Shown: piece by piece, positions 31,346 to 32,000 of the stretch
Numbering within the stretch: the stretch's first letter is position 1
Layout of the letters: each line of letters opens with the position of its first letter
Source: Mycobacterium tuberculosis H37Rv
GTDB lineage: Bacteria; Actinomycetota; Actinomycetes; Mycobacteriales; Mycobacteriaceae
DNA length: 32,000 nt
Assembly (NCBI RefSeq): GCF_000195955.2
Contig: NC_000962.3
Coordinates: 4,080,001-4,112,000 of the forward strand
Direction: 5' to 3'
The notes under the pieces: model-generated
What the model was told of the DNA's origin: nothing
Seen by the model: only the letters and a program-made list of their open reading frames with translations
Databases searched by the model: none
Position numbers and translations under genes: made by a program

Positions 31346-32000
31346 ATGGCGGCACCAGATCCGTCGATGACCCGCATCGCCGGGCCATGGCGTCATCTGG
31401 ACGTGCACGCCAACGGCATCCGATTCCACGTCGTCGAGGCTGTGCCGTCCGGCCAGCCGGAGGGCCCGGATGCGGCTACGCCCCCCATGCAGCCGGCCCT
31501 GGCGAGGCCGCTGGTCATACTGCTCCATGGTTTCGGCTCGTTCTGGTGGTCCTGGCGTCATCAGTTGTGCGGCCTGACCGGGGCGCGGGTGGTCGCGGTC
31601 GATCTGCGCGGCTACGGCGGCAGCGACAAACCGCCCCGCGGGTACGACGGCTGGACGCTGGCCGGCGATACGGCCGGTCTCATCCGTGCGCTCGGGCACC
31701 CATCGGCGACGCTGGTCGGCCACGCCGATGGCGGACTGGCCTGCTGGACCACCGCGCTGCTGCATTCGCGGCTGGTGCGCGCCATAGCGCTGATCAGCTC
31801 ACCGCACCCCGCCGCGCTACGGCGATCCACGCTGACCCGGCGTGATCAGCGGCACGCACTGTTACCGACATTGCTGCGTTACCAGCTGCCGATCTGGCCG
31901 GAGCGCTTGCTGACCCGCAACAACGCAGCGGAGATCGAGCGCCTCGTGCGCGCCCGTGGCTGCGCCAAATGGCTTGCATCCGAGGACTTCTCGCAAGCAA
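31346..32000 (+). CDS. ephE: Alpha/beta-fold epoxide hydrolase, 5' part (continues beyond the window)
   Basis: ATG 31346 lies directly after the upstream TAG (TAGATG). Hand translation: MAAPDPSMTRIAGPWRHLDVHANGIRFHVVEA...LVILLHGFGSFWWSWRHQL...VDLRGYGGSDKP...TLVGHADGGLACW. This shows the HGxx oxyanion motif and nucleophile elbow G-H-A-D-G. It is not in the ORF track because there is no stop inside the window. Confidence 0.8.
   Translation, partial: MAAPDPSMTRIAGPWRHLDVHANGIRFHVVEAVPSGQPEGPDAATPPMQPALARPLVILLHGFGSFWWSWRHQLCGLTGARVVAVDLRGYGGSDKPPRGYDGWTLAGDTAGLIRALGHPSATLVGHADGGLACWTTALLHSRLVRAIALISSPHPAALRRSTLTRRDQRHALLPTLLRYQLPIWPERLLTRNNAAEIERLVRARGCAKWLASEDFSQA

Noticed and set aside
30563-31765. 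400-aa minus-strand ORF
   Set aside because: It is antisense to the membrane-protein gene and ephE, crosses the MIRU locus, and has a low-complexity Arg/Gly/Pro composition.

Overview
GC-rich (about 65%) actinobacterial chromosome. From protein sequences and gene order I recognise it, from memory and with no search run, as the Mycobacterium tuberculosis complex segment Rv3641c to Rv3670 (fic to ephE). Order, left to right: (1) a decayed islet at tRNA-Thr, made of a Fic gene cut by the window edge, a small upstream antitoxin-like ORF and a frameshifted integrase relic; (2) housekeeping genes holB (DNA pol III delta-prime), a membrane HAMP adenylate cyclase, topA, a hypothetical gene, cspA and a DECH-box helicase with a C-terminal 4-Cys domain; (3) an accessory insert of truncated PE33, a hypothetical 345-aa gene and a PE_PGRS gene split by one frameshift (PE_PGRS60/61); (4) a seven-gene Tad/Flp-like operon on the minus strand (CpaE-like, CpaF/TadA ATPase, TadB-like, TadC-like, Flp prepilin, two TadE-like); (5) a HAD phosphatase flanked by two non-coding RNA loci, a ~95-nt sRNA upstream of the tad operon and a ~320-nt Ms1/6S-like RNA downstream of the HAD gene; (6) the dppABCD peptide ABC importer with a translationally coupled Fic-fold protein that has a degenerate active site; (7) acs, a secreted S1-type serine protease, a small membrane protein and the 5' part of epoxide hydrolase ephE. 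Two MIRU-type tandem repeat loci are present. The observations I rate highest: an unannotated frameshifted relic of TadE-like genes on the far side of PE_PGRS60/61, bounded by a 31-bp direct repeat; both TadE-like ORFs starting exactly at the prepilin-junction Val with no usable start for a leader; the C-rich-loop sRNA/attenuator candidate in front of the tad operon; the Fic-like pseudoenzyme coupled to dpp; and five TANNNT hexamers 6-7 nt upstream of start codons (leaderless candidates). Many long ORFs in the track are antisense or GC-driven shadows and were rejected. All homology calls rest on motif recognition by eye.
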